From an uncultured bacterium (GTDB lineage: Bacteria > Gemmatimonadota > Gemmatimonadetes > Gemmatimonadales > Gemmatimonadaceae), in assembly GCA_963978095.1 (NCBI GenBank), contig CAXBQP010000016.1, positions 1 to 52,278 of the forward strand: 52,278 nucleotides of DNA. Reading direction: 5' to 3'. This document shows, piece by piece, positions 1 to 9,608 of this stretch. The translations under genes were made by a program, and so were the position numbers. Position 1 is the stretch's first letter; the number at the start of each line of letters is the position of its first letter. Under the pieces are notes generated by a model, which worked only from the letters and a program-made list of their open reading frames with translations, ran no database searches and had not been told where the DNA came from.

Positions 1-71
1 TTTTTCAAGCAGAAGACGGCATACGAGATAAGGCCACGTGACTGGAGTTCAGACGTGTGCTCTTCCGATCT
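1..71 (+). other. Illumina TruSeq P7/index/Read2 adapter contamination (not genomic)
   Basis: CAAGCAGAAGACGGCATACGAGAT (6-29) + 8-nt index AAGGCCAC (30-37) + GTGACTGGAGTTCAGACGTGTGCTCTTCCGATCT (38-71), an exact adapter layout. Confidence 0.99.
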
Positions 72-436
72 GCATCGCCCACGGGAAAGCGCCACTCTTT
101 GCCGCCGGCCGTCGTCGGCCGGATCACGACATCGGCGTCTCCTTCGTTCGGCGCGATCGTGTAGGCAAACCACTTGCCGTCGTTCGAGAGGGCGGGGGAC
201 CGGATCCCCTTCCACGTGAGCAGGTCGTTGAGCGTGAGCTGACGTCCGGCACTGGCTGGCGGCGTCCACTTCGAGACGGGCCTGTCGCTCGTCGCGCCGA
301 AAGGGAGGGAGGCGAGGGGGTTGCTCGCGTTCGCGGCGTTCGCGGTACCGGGTGCGGTCGCTTGCTGGGCGCTCACGACCCGGCTCGTTGACGCGACGAT
401 CAGAGCCAAGGTCCCGAAGAGGCGGTTTGGACGCAT
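72..436 (-). CDS. S9 (prolyl oligopeptidase/DPP-IV-like) peptidase, N-terminal fragment truncated at the contig end
   Basis: ATG at 436, signal peptide MRPNRLFGTLALIVAST, then LTLNDLLTWKGIRSPALSNDGKWFAYTI, typical of the first propeller blade of S9 peptidases; reading frame runs into the adapter. Confidence 0.65.
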
Positions 437-600
437 GGAGGAGGAGGGTTGAAGGTCCTCAGAACAGTACCGTCCAAAGACTGGGCCGGGAAGGTCAACA
501 CGCCGCCCCATTTCCCGTGCGAGCCGCCGCCATTATCTTCGTATCAGCCGGACCCGATGCAGGGCTCGCGGAGCAGGTGCGAACCGCCCGTTCTCTCGGA

Positions 601-1854
601 ATGAATCAGTTGATTCCCCCGCACGGCCTTCGGCCGTTTCGGTACTTTCTAGCCGCTGGCTGGTTCGCTGGTGTGCTGTCGGTGATGCCCGCGGCCGCAA
701 GCGCCCAGACCGATCCCGCGTACCGCGACATCGTTACTGCCGTCCTCAAGGCGAATCCGGACATCCGGATCGCGCGGCTGCGCGTGGATTCCGCTCGCGC
801 GGAGACCCGTATCGCGCGCGCGCTGCCGAATCCGTCGGCCACTATCGCGCCGCAGGTGCCGTATCAGTACGTCCTCACCGCACCGCTCGATGTTGGCCCA
901 GTGCGTACCGAGCGCATCCGCGCCGCCGGGGCCGGTCTCAGCGCGACCATCGCCGACTCCCGCGACTTCGAGCGGCAACTTCGGTTCACGGCCGGTGCGG
1001 CGTACTTCGACCTCGTCGTCGCGGAGGATCGGCGCGATCTGGCGCACGACGAAGCCCGCATGGTCGGCGAACTCCTCGCGGCCGACTCCGCGCGCGTGCG
1101 GGCCGGCGATGCCCCTGAGCGCGTCCTCGTCGCGGGGGAGCTGGAGCTCGCCAAGGCGACGACGGCGGTCGCGCAGGCCCACGCCGCGGTGCGCGCCGCG
1201 CGCATTGCCCTGCAACTGCTCATGGGGAGCGGACGCCTCGATAGCGCCTTCACTGTCGCGCGCGTCGCCGACGCGCACGCCCTCGATCTCACGCTCCGGC
1301 TGCACATCGACTCGGCGTCCGAGGCCCGCCCCGACGTTGATGCCGCCGCGCAACGCGCGATCGCGAGCCGCGCGCTCGATGCGCAAGCACGCGCCCTGCT
1401 GCTCCCCGTCCCGTCGGTCGCCCTGGTCGTCCAGCCCGACGCCCCGTTTGCGAACGGACAGAACACCGCCCTGGGGCTCAGCCTGCAGTTCCCCCTGCTG
1501 AACTGGTACGGTGGGGAACGAGAACGCGCGCGCGCCGGCGCGGAACAGGCACGGATCGCCGAGGAACGTGCGCGACGGCAGGCGCGCGCTGAGGCGGAGG
1601 CGGCTGTTGACCAGTTCACCGCCGCCAATGCGCTGCGTCGTCGCTACGATGCGGCGCTGCTCGCCAAGTCACGCGAGGCGGTGGAGCGGGATCGCTACGC
1701 GTACCGCGCCGGTGCGCTCTCGTACGTGGAGCTGATCGACGCCCTGCGCACGTGGGGCCAGATCCGCAACGACGCCCTTACCGCCACTCACGATGCGTGG
1801 GTGGCGGCACTCGCCCTCAATCGTGCCTTCGGTCGGGAGATCATCACGCCGTGA
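601..1854 (+). CDS. TolC/CzcC-family outer membrane efflux protein
   Basis: Signal peptide, ANPDI..AR, ARALPNP, RPDV and LSLQFPLLNWYGGE repeat motifs, YRAGALSYVELIDALR; first gene of an RND operon. ATG 601 preferred to the ORF-track start at 352. Confidence 0.88.
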   Translation: MNQLIPPHGLRPFRYFLAAGWFAGVLSVMPAAASAQTDPAYRDIVTAVLKANPDIRIARLRVDSARAETRIARALPNPSATIAPQVPYQYVLTAPLDVGPVRTERIRAAGAGLSATIADSRDFERQLRFTAGAAYFDLVVAEDRRDLAHDEARMVGELLAADSARVRAGDAPERVLVAGELELAKATTAVAQAHAAVRAARIALQLLMGSGRLDSAFTVARVADAHALDLTLRLHIDSASEARPDVDAAAQRAIASRALDAQARALLLPVPSVALVVQPDAPFANGQNTALGLSLQFPLLNWYGGERERARAGAEQARIAEERARRQARAEAEAAVDQFTAANALRRRYDAALLAKSREAVERDRYAYRAGALSYVELIDALRTWGQIRNDALTATHDAWVAALALNRAFGREIITP

Positions 1855-2975
1855 TCCGTCATTCGCGTTCTTTGATGGTGCTGTCGGTGGTCGCTGCGGC
1901 GCAATGGGGGTGCGCCGGGGCCGAAGCGGACCCGCGCCCGAAGGCGCAGGGCGCGCCCACCTCCATCACGCTCGATACGGCCTCGCCGAAACTCCGGGCG
2001 CTGACGGTCGAGCCTGTGCAGGTCACGCATGAGCGCGTCGTTGCCGTGCTCCCGGCGCAACTGGTGCTCGACGAAGACCACACCGTGCGCGTGCTCTCTC
2101 CCGTCACGGGCCGCGTGCGCACGCTCGATGCCAAGGCGGGCGATGTCGTCGCCGTCGGCGCGCCGCTCGCTCATGTCGTCTCCTCGGATCTCGCGCAGGC
2201 GGTCGCCGATCAGGCCAAGGCGGAAGCCAGCGCTACCGCCGCCGCGCGCGCACTCGCACGCGCCGAGGATCTGCTCGCGCACAAGGTGATCGCCCAGAAG
2301 GAACTCGAGCAGGCGCGCAACGACGCGGCGCAGGCCGACGCCGAACTGCGACGCGCGCATCAGCGCGTCGAACAGCTTGGCGTCGGCGACGGCACCTCCG
2401 GGGAGTTCGTGCTGCGCGCCCCGATCGCCGGGGTGGTCATCGACCGCACGGCGAATCCGGGCGCGGAGCTACGGCCCGACGCGACGACCCCGCTCTTCAC
2501 CATCTCGCGACTGGACGCGCTCTGGCTCACCGCCGCGGCCCCACAACACGACCTCGCCGCATTCCGGCCCGGCGCGACGCTGTCGTTCACGACCGACGCG
2601 CTCCCCGGGCGCACCTTCGAGGCGACCGTCACCTGGATCAGCGATCAGCTGGATCCGGTCTCCCGCACGGCGGCGGTGCGCGCGGTCGTCGCGAACCCCG
2701 GCCACGAGCTGCGCGCGCAGGAGATCGGATCGGCCCGGTTGCTCACGCACGAGGTGCAGGCGCAGGTACTCGTCCCGAGCGCGGCGGTCGTCACGATGGG
2801 AGCCGAGGCCGTCGTCTTCGTCGAAACGGCGCGCGGCACCTTCGCGCGCCGCGCCGTGGTCGTCAAGGACGACGACGGCAAGCTCGCGACGATCGGAAGC
2901 GGACTCGCGGCCGGCGATCGTGTCGTCTCCCGCGGCAGCCTGCTGCTCGCGGCCGAGCTCGGCCGTACCCCGTAG
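1851..2975 (+). CDS. RND efflux periplasmic adaptor subunit (CzcB/CusB family), probable lipoprotein
   Basis: GTG overlaps the upstream TGA; lipobox-like AQWGC; VLSPVTGRV, LRAPIAGVVI, LDPVSRT, LVPSAAVV, GLAAGDRVV motifs. Confidence 0.9.
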   Translation: MIRHSRSLMVLSVVAAAQWGCAGAEADPRPKAQGAPTSITLDTASPKLRALTVEPVQVTHERVVAVLPAQLVLDEDHTVRVLSPVTGRVRTLDAKAGDVVAVGAPLAHVVSSDLAQAVADQAKAEASATAAARALARAEDLLAHKVIAQKELEQARNDAAQADAELRRAHQRVEQLGVGDGTSGEFVLRAPIAGVVIDRTANPGAELRPDATTPLFTISRLDALWLTAAAPQHDLAAFRPGATLSFTTDALPGRTFEATVTWISDQLDPVSRTAAVRAVVANPGHELRAQEIGSARLLTHEVQAQVLVPSAAVVTMGAEAVVFVETARGTFARRAVVVKDDDGKLATIGSGLAAGDRVVSRGSLLLAAELGRTP

Positions 2976-2984
2976 GAGCGCCTG

Positions 2985-5900
2985 ATGCTGCGTCGTGTCG
3001 TCCGATTCGCCTTGCGCCAGCGGCTCCTCATTCTGGGGCTGACCGTCGCGCTCGCCCTCATCGGGCTGCGGTCCTTCAGCAACCTCTCCGTCGAGGCCTT
3101 CCCCGACGTTGAGGATGTGCGTGTCCAGGTCATCTCGCAGTGGAGAGGGCACGCCGCCGAGGAGATCGAGAAACTCGTCACTCTTCCCCTCGAGCGGCAG
3201 TTCGGTGGGCTCCCCGGACTGACGAACCTCCGCTCGACGTCAATGTTCGGGCTGTCGGTGGTCACCCTCACCTTCGAGGACGGCACCACCGACTACTTCG
3301 CGCGCCAGCAGACGCTCGAAAGGCTGCAGGGGGCGAACCTCCCCGCGAACGTTGCTCCCGGACTCGCCTCGCTGTCGAACTCCACCGGCGAGATCTTCCG
3401 CTACACCGTGAGCGGCAAGCGTCCGCTCACCGAGTTGAAGGCCATCGAGGACTGGGTCGTCGAGCCGGCCTTCCGCACCGTTCCGGGAATCGCCGACGTC
3501 GTGAGTTTCGGGGGCGCCCTCAAGCAGTACCAGGTCGAACTCGACGCGGACAAGCTGCAGAACTACGGCATTTCTCTGCAGCAGGTCGAGCAGGCGATCG
3601 CGAACGCGAATCTCAACGCCGGCGGCGGATACATCGAGCACGGCTTCGAGAAGCAGGTCGTACGCGGCGTCGGGACCTTCGGCTCCCTCGACGACATCGC
3701 TCGCGTCTCGGTGCAGTCGCGCGGCGGGGTCCCGGTCACGATCGCCGATCTTGGCGCCGTCCGCATCGGCGGCGCCCCACGCGAGGGGATCGTCGCCAAG
3801 GACTCCCTCGACGATGTGGTTCAGGGAATCGTGCTCATGCGGAAGGGGCTCAACGCGCTGCAGGTGCTCGAACGGGTCCGTGAGAAGGCCGCCGCGCTCA
3901 ATGCCACGATCCTCCCCAAGGACGTGCGCCTCGTGCCGTTCTACGATCGCGCCAACCTCGTTCGTCACACGGTGCGCACGGTTGAGGAGAACCTCGCGAT
4001 CGGCGCAGCGCTCGTGCTCGTGATCCTCGTCGTCTTCCTCGGCGACTGGCGTAGCGCGACCATCGTGGGACTCGTGATCCCGCTCTCCCTGCTCGCGGCC
4101 TTCATCCTGATGGACCTCGAGAACGTCTCCGCCAACCTGATCTCACTCGGCGCAGTGGACTTCGGCATTATCGTCGACGCGGCCGTGGTGATGGTGGAGG
4201 CGTTCATCGTACGGCTTGCGATGAGTCCGCCCAGGGACGGCGACCTGCACCGGCGGGAGTTCTTCGCGCACACTGCCGAGCAGATGGGGCGTCCTATTCT
4301 GTTCTCCAAGGCCATCGTCATCACCGCCTTCCTCCCAATCTTCACGTTCCAGCGGGTCGAGAAGCGCATCTTCTCCCCGATGGCGTTCACGCTGTCGTTC
4401 GCGCTGCTCGCTTCGCTGTTGCTCACCCTCACCTTCGTCCCGGTGCTCGCCAGCCTCTGGCTGCGCGTCGCCCCACATGCGGAGGAGCCCGCGGCCGCGC
4501 GCTGGCTGCAGCGACGTTTCGCACCCCTGCTCGACTTCGTCCTCGCGCGCCCCAAAAGGACCCTCGCCGCCGCTCTCACCGCGCTCGCCATCAGCATGGG
4601 GATCGCGACGCGACTCGGCACCGAGTTCCTTCCCGCACTCGACGAAGGGAACATCTGGCTCACCGTGACCATGCCCGTCGGCATCTCGATGACGCAGGCC
4701 AAGGAAATCGAGCGACAGGTACGAGGCGTGATCCGCAGCTACCCCGAGGTCACGCAAGTCATCGCGCAGCTCGGCCGACCCGACGACGGAACCGACGCCA
4801 AGGGGAGCAACAACCTCGAGGTGTACGCCGACCTCCGGCCGCGCGGCGAATGGACTACGACGCACGACAAGGACGCGCTCGTCGCCCTCATGTCCAAGCG
4901 TCTCGAGGCCATTCCCGGGATCGACCTCAATTTTTCGCAGTACATCAAGGACAACGTCGATGAAGCACTCAGCGGCGTGAAGGGCGAGCTCGTCGTGAAG
5001 CTCTTCGGCCCGGACCTCCAGGTCCTGCAGCAGAAGGCCGAGGAGATCCGTGCCGTGCTTGATCGCGTGGACGGTGTTGCCGATCTGGGCGTCGAGCAGC
5101 AGTTCGGTCAGCCGCAGATCCGTTTCGAGTTCGATCGCGCCGCGCTGGCGCGGCACAATGTGCAAGTCAGCGATGCTGCCGATGCCGTCGAGACCGCCAT
5201 CGGCGGTCGCGCCGTCACGCAGTTCCTCGAAGGGGACCGCGTCTTCGATTTGACCGTTCGCGTCGACAGCGCGCACCGCGACAACCCGCGCGCACTCGAG
5301 CACATTCCCGTCTTCTCCGCCGATGGCCACGCCGTCCCGCTTGGCGCACTCGGCACGGTGGTGCATGCGGAAGGGGCTTCGCGCATCGCGCGCGAGGCCA
5401 ACGAGCGCCGCATCGCGATCAAGTGCTCGGTGCGCGGGCGTGATGAGGGTGGATTCGTCCGTGAGGCGCAGCACCTCGTCGAGAAGGAGGTCTCGCTCCC
5501 AGCCGGCTATCGCGCCGTCTGGGGCGGGCAGTTCGAGAATCAGCGCCGCGCCACCGCGCGCCTCGCCGTGATCGTGCCGGCGAGCATCGCGCTCATCTTT
5601 CTCCTGCTCTTCAGTGCCTTCGGATCGGTGAAGTACGCCACGCTCATCCTCGCGAACCTTCCTTTCGCGCTCATCGGCGGCATCGGGACCCTCTGGTTGC
5701 GAGAGATCCATCTGAGCGTCTCAGCGGCGGTGGGATTCATCGCGCTGTTCGGCATCTGCGTGCAGAACGGCGTACTCTTGGTGAGCGCCTTCAATCACCG
5801 ACGTGAACAGGGGGAGCCGATGCTCGCCGCGGTGCGTGAAGGGACGCTTGAACGTTTGCGTCCGGTCGTCATGACGGCGCTCATGGCGGCGCTCGGTCTC

Positions 5901-6062
5901 CTCCCCGCAGCCCTCTCGAAGGGGATCGGCGCCGAGACCACGCGCCCCTTTGCGAGCGTGATCGTCGGCGGACTCATCACCGCGACCGTGCTGACCCTGA
6001 CCCTGCTCCCGATCCTCTACGTGATGTTCCACGAGGATCCGCACGAGGAGATCGCGCGGTAG
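2985..6062 (+). CDS. czcA: CusA/CzcA-family heavy-metal efflux RND permease
   Basis: 1025 aa; EAFPDV, EEIEKLVTLPLE, TM4 LGAVDFGIIVDAAVVMVE, GTEFLPALDEG, ERLRPVVMTALMAALGLLP. Family-level call; metal specificity unknown. Confidence 0.93.
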   Translation: MLRRVVRFALRQRLLILGLTVALALIGLRSFSNLSVEAFPDVEDVRVQVISQWRGHAAEEIEKLVTLPLERQFGGLPGLTNLRSTSMFGLSVVTLTFEDGTTDYFARQQTLERLQGANLPANVAPGLASLSNSTGEIFRYTVSGKRPLTELKAIEDWVVEPAFRTVPGIADVVSFGGALKQYQVELDADKLQNYGISLQQVEQAIANANLNAGGGYIEHGFEKQVVRGVGTFGSLDDIARVSVQSRGGVPVTIADLGAVRIGGAPREGIVAKDSLDDVVQGIVLMRKGLNALQVLERVREKAAALNATILPKDVRLVPFYDRANLVRHTVRTVEENLAIGAALVLVILVVFLGDWRSATIVGLVIPLSLLAAFILMDLENVSANLISLGAVDFGIIVDAAVVMVEAFIVRLAMSPPRDGDLHRREFFAHTAEQMGRPILFSKAIVITAFLPIFTFQRVEKRIFSPMAFTLSFALLASLLLTLTFVPVLASLWLRVAPHAEEPAAARWLQRRFAPLLDFVLARPKRTLAAALTALAISMGIATRLGTEFLPALDEGNIWLTVTMPVGISMTQAKEIERQVRGVIRSYPEVTQVIAQLGRPDDGTDAKGSNNLEVYADLRPRGEWTTTHDKDALVALMSKRLEAIPGIDLNFSQYIKDNVDEALSGVKGELVVKLFGPDLQVLQQKAEEIRAVLDRVDGVADLGVEQQFGQPQIRFEFDRAALARHNVQVSDAADAVETAIGGRAVTQFLEGDRVFDLTVRVDSAHRDNPRALEHIPVFSADGHAVPLGALGTVVHAEGASRIAREANERRIAIKCSVRGRDEGGFVREAQHLVEKEVSLPAGYRAVWGGQFENQRRATARLAVIVPASIALIFLLLFSAFGSVKYATLILANLPFALIGGIGTLWLREIHLSVSAAVGFIALFGICVQNGVLLVSAFNHRREQGEPMLAAVREGTLERLRPVVMTALMAALGLLPAALSKGIGAETTRPFASVIVGGLITATVLTLTLLPILYVMFHEDPHEEIAR

Positions 6063-6071
6063 CAGGACGCG

Positions 6072-6890
6072 TTACTTCACCACCGCCCGTGGAGTGGCGC
6101 CCCAGAGTTGCCCCACGTTCCAGGTGAGTCCGGTGTAGAAGGCGTGCGCCTGCGGCCCCACGACGGGGATGATCCCGCCGATGTCGAAGACGAGCCAGTC
6201 GCGGAGCGTGAAGGTCGGCCCGGCGAGGAAGCCAACGAGCGGGAGCGCGCCCTGCGGTCCGCTCGTCCCGGGGACCCCGAAGAGTTCCGCCACCCATCCG
6301 CCCCCATGCGGCAGATCGCCGCTGAGCGATGCGGCCCAGAGCCAGGAGTCGCGCGGTGCGCGGATCCCGCTTCCACCGCGGAAGGTGTACCCGACGTTCA
6401 CGTCGAAGTCCGCCCCGAACAGCTCGCGACTCGAGACGAGCAACAGCGTCCCATCCGTCGTGCCCGTCCCCGTGCCGCGTGCGACCGATCCCGTCGGCAG
6501 CTTGACGGAAGGGAGCACCGCGAAATCACCGAGGATGGGGTGGTCCGAGAGCATGCGGTACTTCACGCCCGTCGTGATGTCCCCCATGCCCCCCGCGAAT
6601 CCCGTCGCGCGCAGCGCGCTCATAAGCATCGTGAGCTGGAGCCGCTCGCCGATCCCGAGCTTCGCGGCGAGGGTGAGCACCCCCGTGTGATCCGGGTCCT
6701 GTCCGTTGTCGAGCTCGATTCCGGTCTCGACCTCGAACCAACCGGTGGAGACGGTCCCCGCATGCGTCGAGACCGAGGGACGCTCGGGTTGCGCGGTGTG
6801 CAGCTTCGGCTCGCGTTGCGCGGCGGCGGTGCGACTCGCAAGGAGCAGCAGCACCGCGACCACCGTCGTTCCCCGCATTGTGCTGCTCAC
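6072..6890 (-). CDS. Putative outer-membrane beta-barrel channel (MetA-pathway/COG4313-like 'transporter' family)
   Basis: Signal peptide, ERPSVSTHAGTVSTGWFEVETG, GMGDITTGVKYR, VKLPTG, alternating beta-strands and terminal FYTGLTW; SD-like GGGAG upstream of the GTG. Confidence 0.7.
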   Translation of the reverse strand: MSSTMRGTTVVAVLLLLASRTAAAQREPKLHTAQPERPSVSTHAGTVSTGWFEVETGIELDNGQDPDHTGVLTLAAKLGIGERLQLTMLMSALRATGFAGGMGDITTGVKYRMLSDHPILGDFAVLPSVKLPTGSVARGTGTGTTDGTLLLVSSRELFGADFDVNVGYTFRGGSGIRAPRDSWLWAASLSGDLPHGGGWVAELFGVPGTSGPQGALPLVGFLAGPTFTLRDWLVFDIGGIIPVVGPQAHAFYTGLTWNVGQLWGATPRAVVK

Positions 6891-6914
6891 GAGGATGAGT
6901 CTCCCTTTCCATGA

Positions 6915-6934
6915 AAGTTAGTGTGTACTAACAT
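6915..6934. promoter_or_regulatory. Candidate MntR/DtxR-family operator overlapping divergent -10 elements
   Basis: Perfect inverted repeat GTTAGT-GTGT-ACTAAC (6917-6932), i.e. TTAG-N6-CTAA; overlaps TAACAT (+, 6929-6934) and TAACTT (-, 6920-6915); mntR is in the same operon. Confidence 0.7.
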
Positions 6935-6940
6935 ATCAAT

Positions 6941-8338
6941 GTGGCCACCATCCGCCCATTCCCCGACCCCACCCCGCACGAGGCGGCGACGTCGGCCACA
7001 CCCGACACTACCGGTACCGCCGGCTGGCGCCGCTCCCGCTCCACCCCCTCGCTCGCCGACGCCTACCGCTCCATCCCCGTCAACGGCTCCACCTGGTGGC
7101 GCAAGATCCTCGCCTTCGCCGGTCCGGGCTATCTGGTCGCCGTCGGCTACATGGATCCGGGGAACTGGGCCACCTCGCTCGCGGGTGGCTCCCGCTTCGG
7201 ATACAACCTGCTCTCGGTCATCCTCATCAGTAATCTGATGGCGGTGCTCCTCCAAGGACTCGCCTCGAAACTGGGCATCGTCACCGGACGCGATCTCGCC
7301 CAAGCCTGCCGCGATCACTACGCGCGCCCCACGGCGCTCCTGCTCTGGGTCGGCGCCGAGATCGCGATCGCCGCGTGCGATCTGGCCGAAGTCATCGGTT
7401 CCGCCATCGCGCTCAAACTGCTCTTCGGCATCCCCATCACCTGGGGCATCCTGATCACCGCGCTCGATGTCATGCTCGTGCTCGTCCTCCAGCACCGCGG
7501 GTTCCGGCTCCTCGAAGCGGTCGTCATCGCCCTCATCGCCACCATCGGCGCGGCCTTCCTCTTCGAACTGGTCATCGCGCACCCGGCCCTCGGGCTCGTG
7601 GCACGGGGCTTCCTGCCACGTGCGGACATCATCACCGACTCGGACCAACTCTACATCGCCATCGGCATCCTCGGTGCGACGGTCATGCCCCACAACCTGT
7701 ATCTCCATTCGAGCATCGTGCAGACGCGGCGCTACGAGGAGACCGCGGCCGGCAAACGCGAGGCGGTGCAGTTCGCCTTCATCGATTCAACGCTCGCGCT
7801 CACCATGGCGCTGTTCATCAATGCGGCGATCCTCGTCGTCGCGGCCGCCACCTTCCACACGAGCGGCCACACGGACGTCGCCGAGATCCAGGACGCCTAC
7901 CAACTGCTGACCCCACTGCTCGGCGTGGGCGGTGCGAGCGCGGTCTTCGCCCTCGCCCTGCTCGCCAGCGGTCAGAACTCCACACTCACGGGCACGCTCG
8001 CCGGACAGATCGTGATGGAGGGATTCCTCGATCTCCGGCTCCGCCCCTGGGTCCGCCGGCTCATCACGCGTGCGATCGCCATCATCCCCGCGATCGTCGT
8101 GAGCCTCATGTTCGGTGAACAGGGCACCGCCAAGCTGCTCATCTTCAGTCAAGTGGTGCTCTCGCTGCAGTTGTCCTTCGCGGTGTTCCCGCTGGTACAG
8201 TTCACCGGCGACCGCACCAAAATGGGCGAGTTCGTGAGCCCGCCGTGGATGAAAGTGCTCAGCTGGATGGTCGCCGTCCTGATCGCCGTGCTCAATGTGT
8301 GGTTGCTCGTCCAGACCTTCGCCGGATGGTGGGCCTAG
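6941..8338 (+). CDS. mntH: Nramp-family divalent metal (Mn2+) transporter
   Basis: [61 protein letters not shown]. Confidence 0.96.
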   Translation: MATIRPFPDPTPHEAATSATPDTTGTAGWRRSRSTPSLADAYRSIPVNGSTWWRKILAFAGPGYLVAVGYMDPGNWATSLAGGSRFGYNLLSVILISNLMAVLLQGLASKLGIVTGRDLAQACRDHYARPTALLLWVGAEIAIAACDLAEVIGSAIALKLLFGIPITWGILITALDVMLVLVLQHRGFRLLEAVVIALIATIGAAFLFELVIAHPALGLVARGFLPRADIITDSDQLYIAIGILGATVMPHNLYLHSSIVQTRRYEETAAGKREAVQFAFIDSTLALTMALFINAAILVVAAATFHTSGHTDVAEIQDAYQLLTPLLGVGGASAVFALALLASGQNSTLTGTLAGQIVMEGFLDLRLRPWVRRLITRAIAIIPAIVVSLMFGEQGTAKLLIFSQVVLSLQLSFAVFPLVQFTGDRTKMGEFVSPPWMKVLSWMVAVLIAVLNVWLLVQTFAGWWA

Positions 8339-8772
8339 TGTATTCCTGCATCCTCGTTCCACTCGAGAACTCGCCGACCGACACGGCCATCCTCGCGCAT
8401 GTCACCCGCCTGGCGCGGCACTGCAACGCCCGTCTGGTACTGATCCACGTCGCCGATGGGTTCGCCGCGCGGAACATCGAGCAGCTCAAGCTGCGTGAGT
8501 CGGAAGAGATGAAAAAAGACCGCGCATATCTCGATGCCTGTGTCGCCACGCTCGCCGCCGATGGACTCACCGTCGATGCCGTGCTCGCCGTCGGGGACCC
8601 GGCCAAGGAGATCAGTGCCGCCGCGGCGCGTGAGCAGTGCGACCTGATTGCCATGGGAACGCATGGCCACCGGTTCGTGAAGGATATTCTCTACGGCTCG
8701 GTCGCCAACGAAGTCCGCCACACCTCGTACGTTCCCGTGCTCATGGTGCGCGACGGCGCGCCGCCGGCGTAG
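8338..8772 (+). CDS. Universal stress protein (UspA family)
   Basis: GTG overlaps the mntH stop (TAGTG); ILVPLENS, GDPAKEI, CDLIAMGTHGH, LYGSVANEVRH, PVLMV. Confidence 0.92.
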   Translation: MYSCILVPLENSPTDTAILAHVTRLARHCNARLVLIHVADGFAARNIEQLKLRESEEMKKDRAYLDACVATLAADGLTVDAVLAVGDPAKEISAAAAREQCDLIAMGTHGHRFVKDILYGSVANEVRHTSYVPVLMVRDGAPPA

Positions 8773-8778
8773 CCGACG

Positions 8779-9465
8779 GTGGCTCCCACGCCCCGCCCCG
8801 ACTCCCCGGTCGCCCTCACCGGGCAGGCCGAAGACTACCTGAAGGTCATGTACCACCTCGAGCGGAGTGGCGCGGCCGCCGCGACCTCCGACATCGCCGC
8901 CGAACTGGGCGTCGCGCCGGCGAGCGTCAGCGGGATGCTGCAGCGCCTCGCACGCCTCGGCCTCGTGCGCGTCGAGCGCTATCGCGGCGCGCGGCTCGCG
9001 CCCCCGGGGCGTCGGATCGCCCTGCAACTCATCCGCCGTCATCGCATCATCGAGTCCTTCCTCGCCACGACTCTCGGCTACAGCTGGGATGACGTGCACG
9101 CGGAAGCCGAGCGGCTGGAACATGCCGCGAGCGCCGAGCTGGTGGAGCGGATGGCCGCGTCGCTCGGACATCCCACCACCGATCCGCACGGCGCGCCCAT
9201 CCCGACGCCGGAAGGACGCGTCAACGAGCGGCTGCTGCGGAGCATCGCCGAGCTGCGCCTGAACGAGCGGGCACGAGTGGTATTGATGCGCGATCGCGAT
9301 CCGGCTTTCCTGCGCTACCTCGCGGGGGTCGGGCTTCGGCCAGGGGTTGAGATCACGGTGGTCGCGATCGCGCCGTTCGAAGGGCCGGTGGAGCTGCGCG
9401 TCTCGCGAAAACGGGTCAGCATTGGTGCCTCCGCCGCGGGGCGGGTGTTCGTCGAATCGGTGTAA
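8779..9465 (+). CDS. mntR: DtxR/MntR-family metal-dependent repressor with C-terminal FeoA domain
   Basis: EDYLKVMY, HTH IAAELGVAPASVSGML, RRHRIIESFL, HAEAERLEHA, DPHGAPIP, LRYLAGVGLRPG. Confidence 0.93.
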   Translation: MAPTPRPDSPVALTGQAEDYLKVMYHLERSGAAAATSDIAAELGVAPASVSGMLQRLARLGLVRVERYRGARLAPPGRRIALQLIRRHRIIESFLATTLGYSWDDVHAEAERLEHAASAELVERMAASLGHPTTDPHGAPIPTPEGRVNERLLRSIAELRLNERARVVLMRDRDPAFLRYLAGVGLRPGVEITVVAIAPFEGPVELRVSRKRVSIGASAAGRVFVESV

Positions 9466-9531
9466 CACCCTTCAGGAGAAAGGGTTACGGATCGAAATGG
9501 CGGTCGCAGGAACGAGAAGAAGAGACGGCTC

Positions 9532-9563
9532 TTGACAATATCTCACTACTAAGTATATTACTT
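9532..9563 (+). promoter_or_regulatory. Sigma70-type promoter for the YceI gene, with a small palindrome over the -10
   Basis: TTGACA (9532-9537)-N16-TATATT (9554-9559); inverted repeat AAGTA-TAT-TACTT (9551-9563). Confidence 0.6.
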
Positions 9564-9608
9564 GTGAACTTTAACCGGGCTTTGCCCGCCCACTCGGAGC
9601 TCCGAACC

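Noticed and set aside
5..391. ORFs 5..511 (C-terminus) and 38..391 as complete genes
   Set aside because: Both run through or start in Illumina adapter sequence
6891..6940. yybP-ykoY Mn riboswitch upstream of mntH
   Set aside because: Only 50 nt are available and mntH looks leaderless; a protein operator explains the region better
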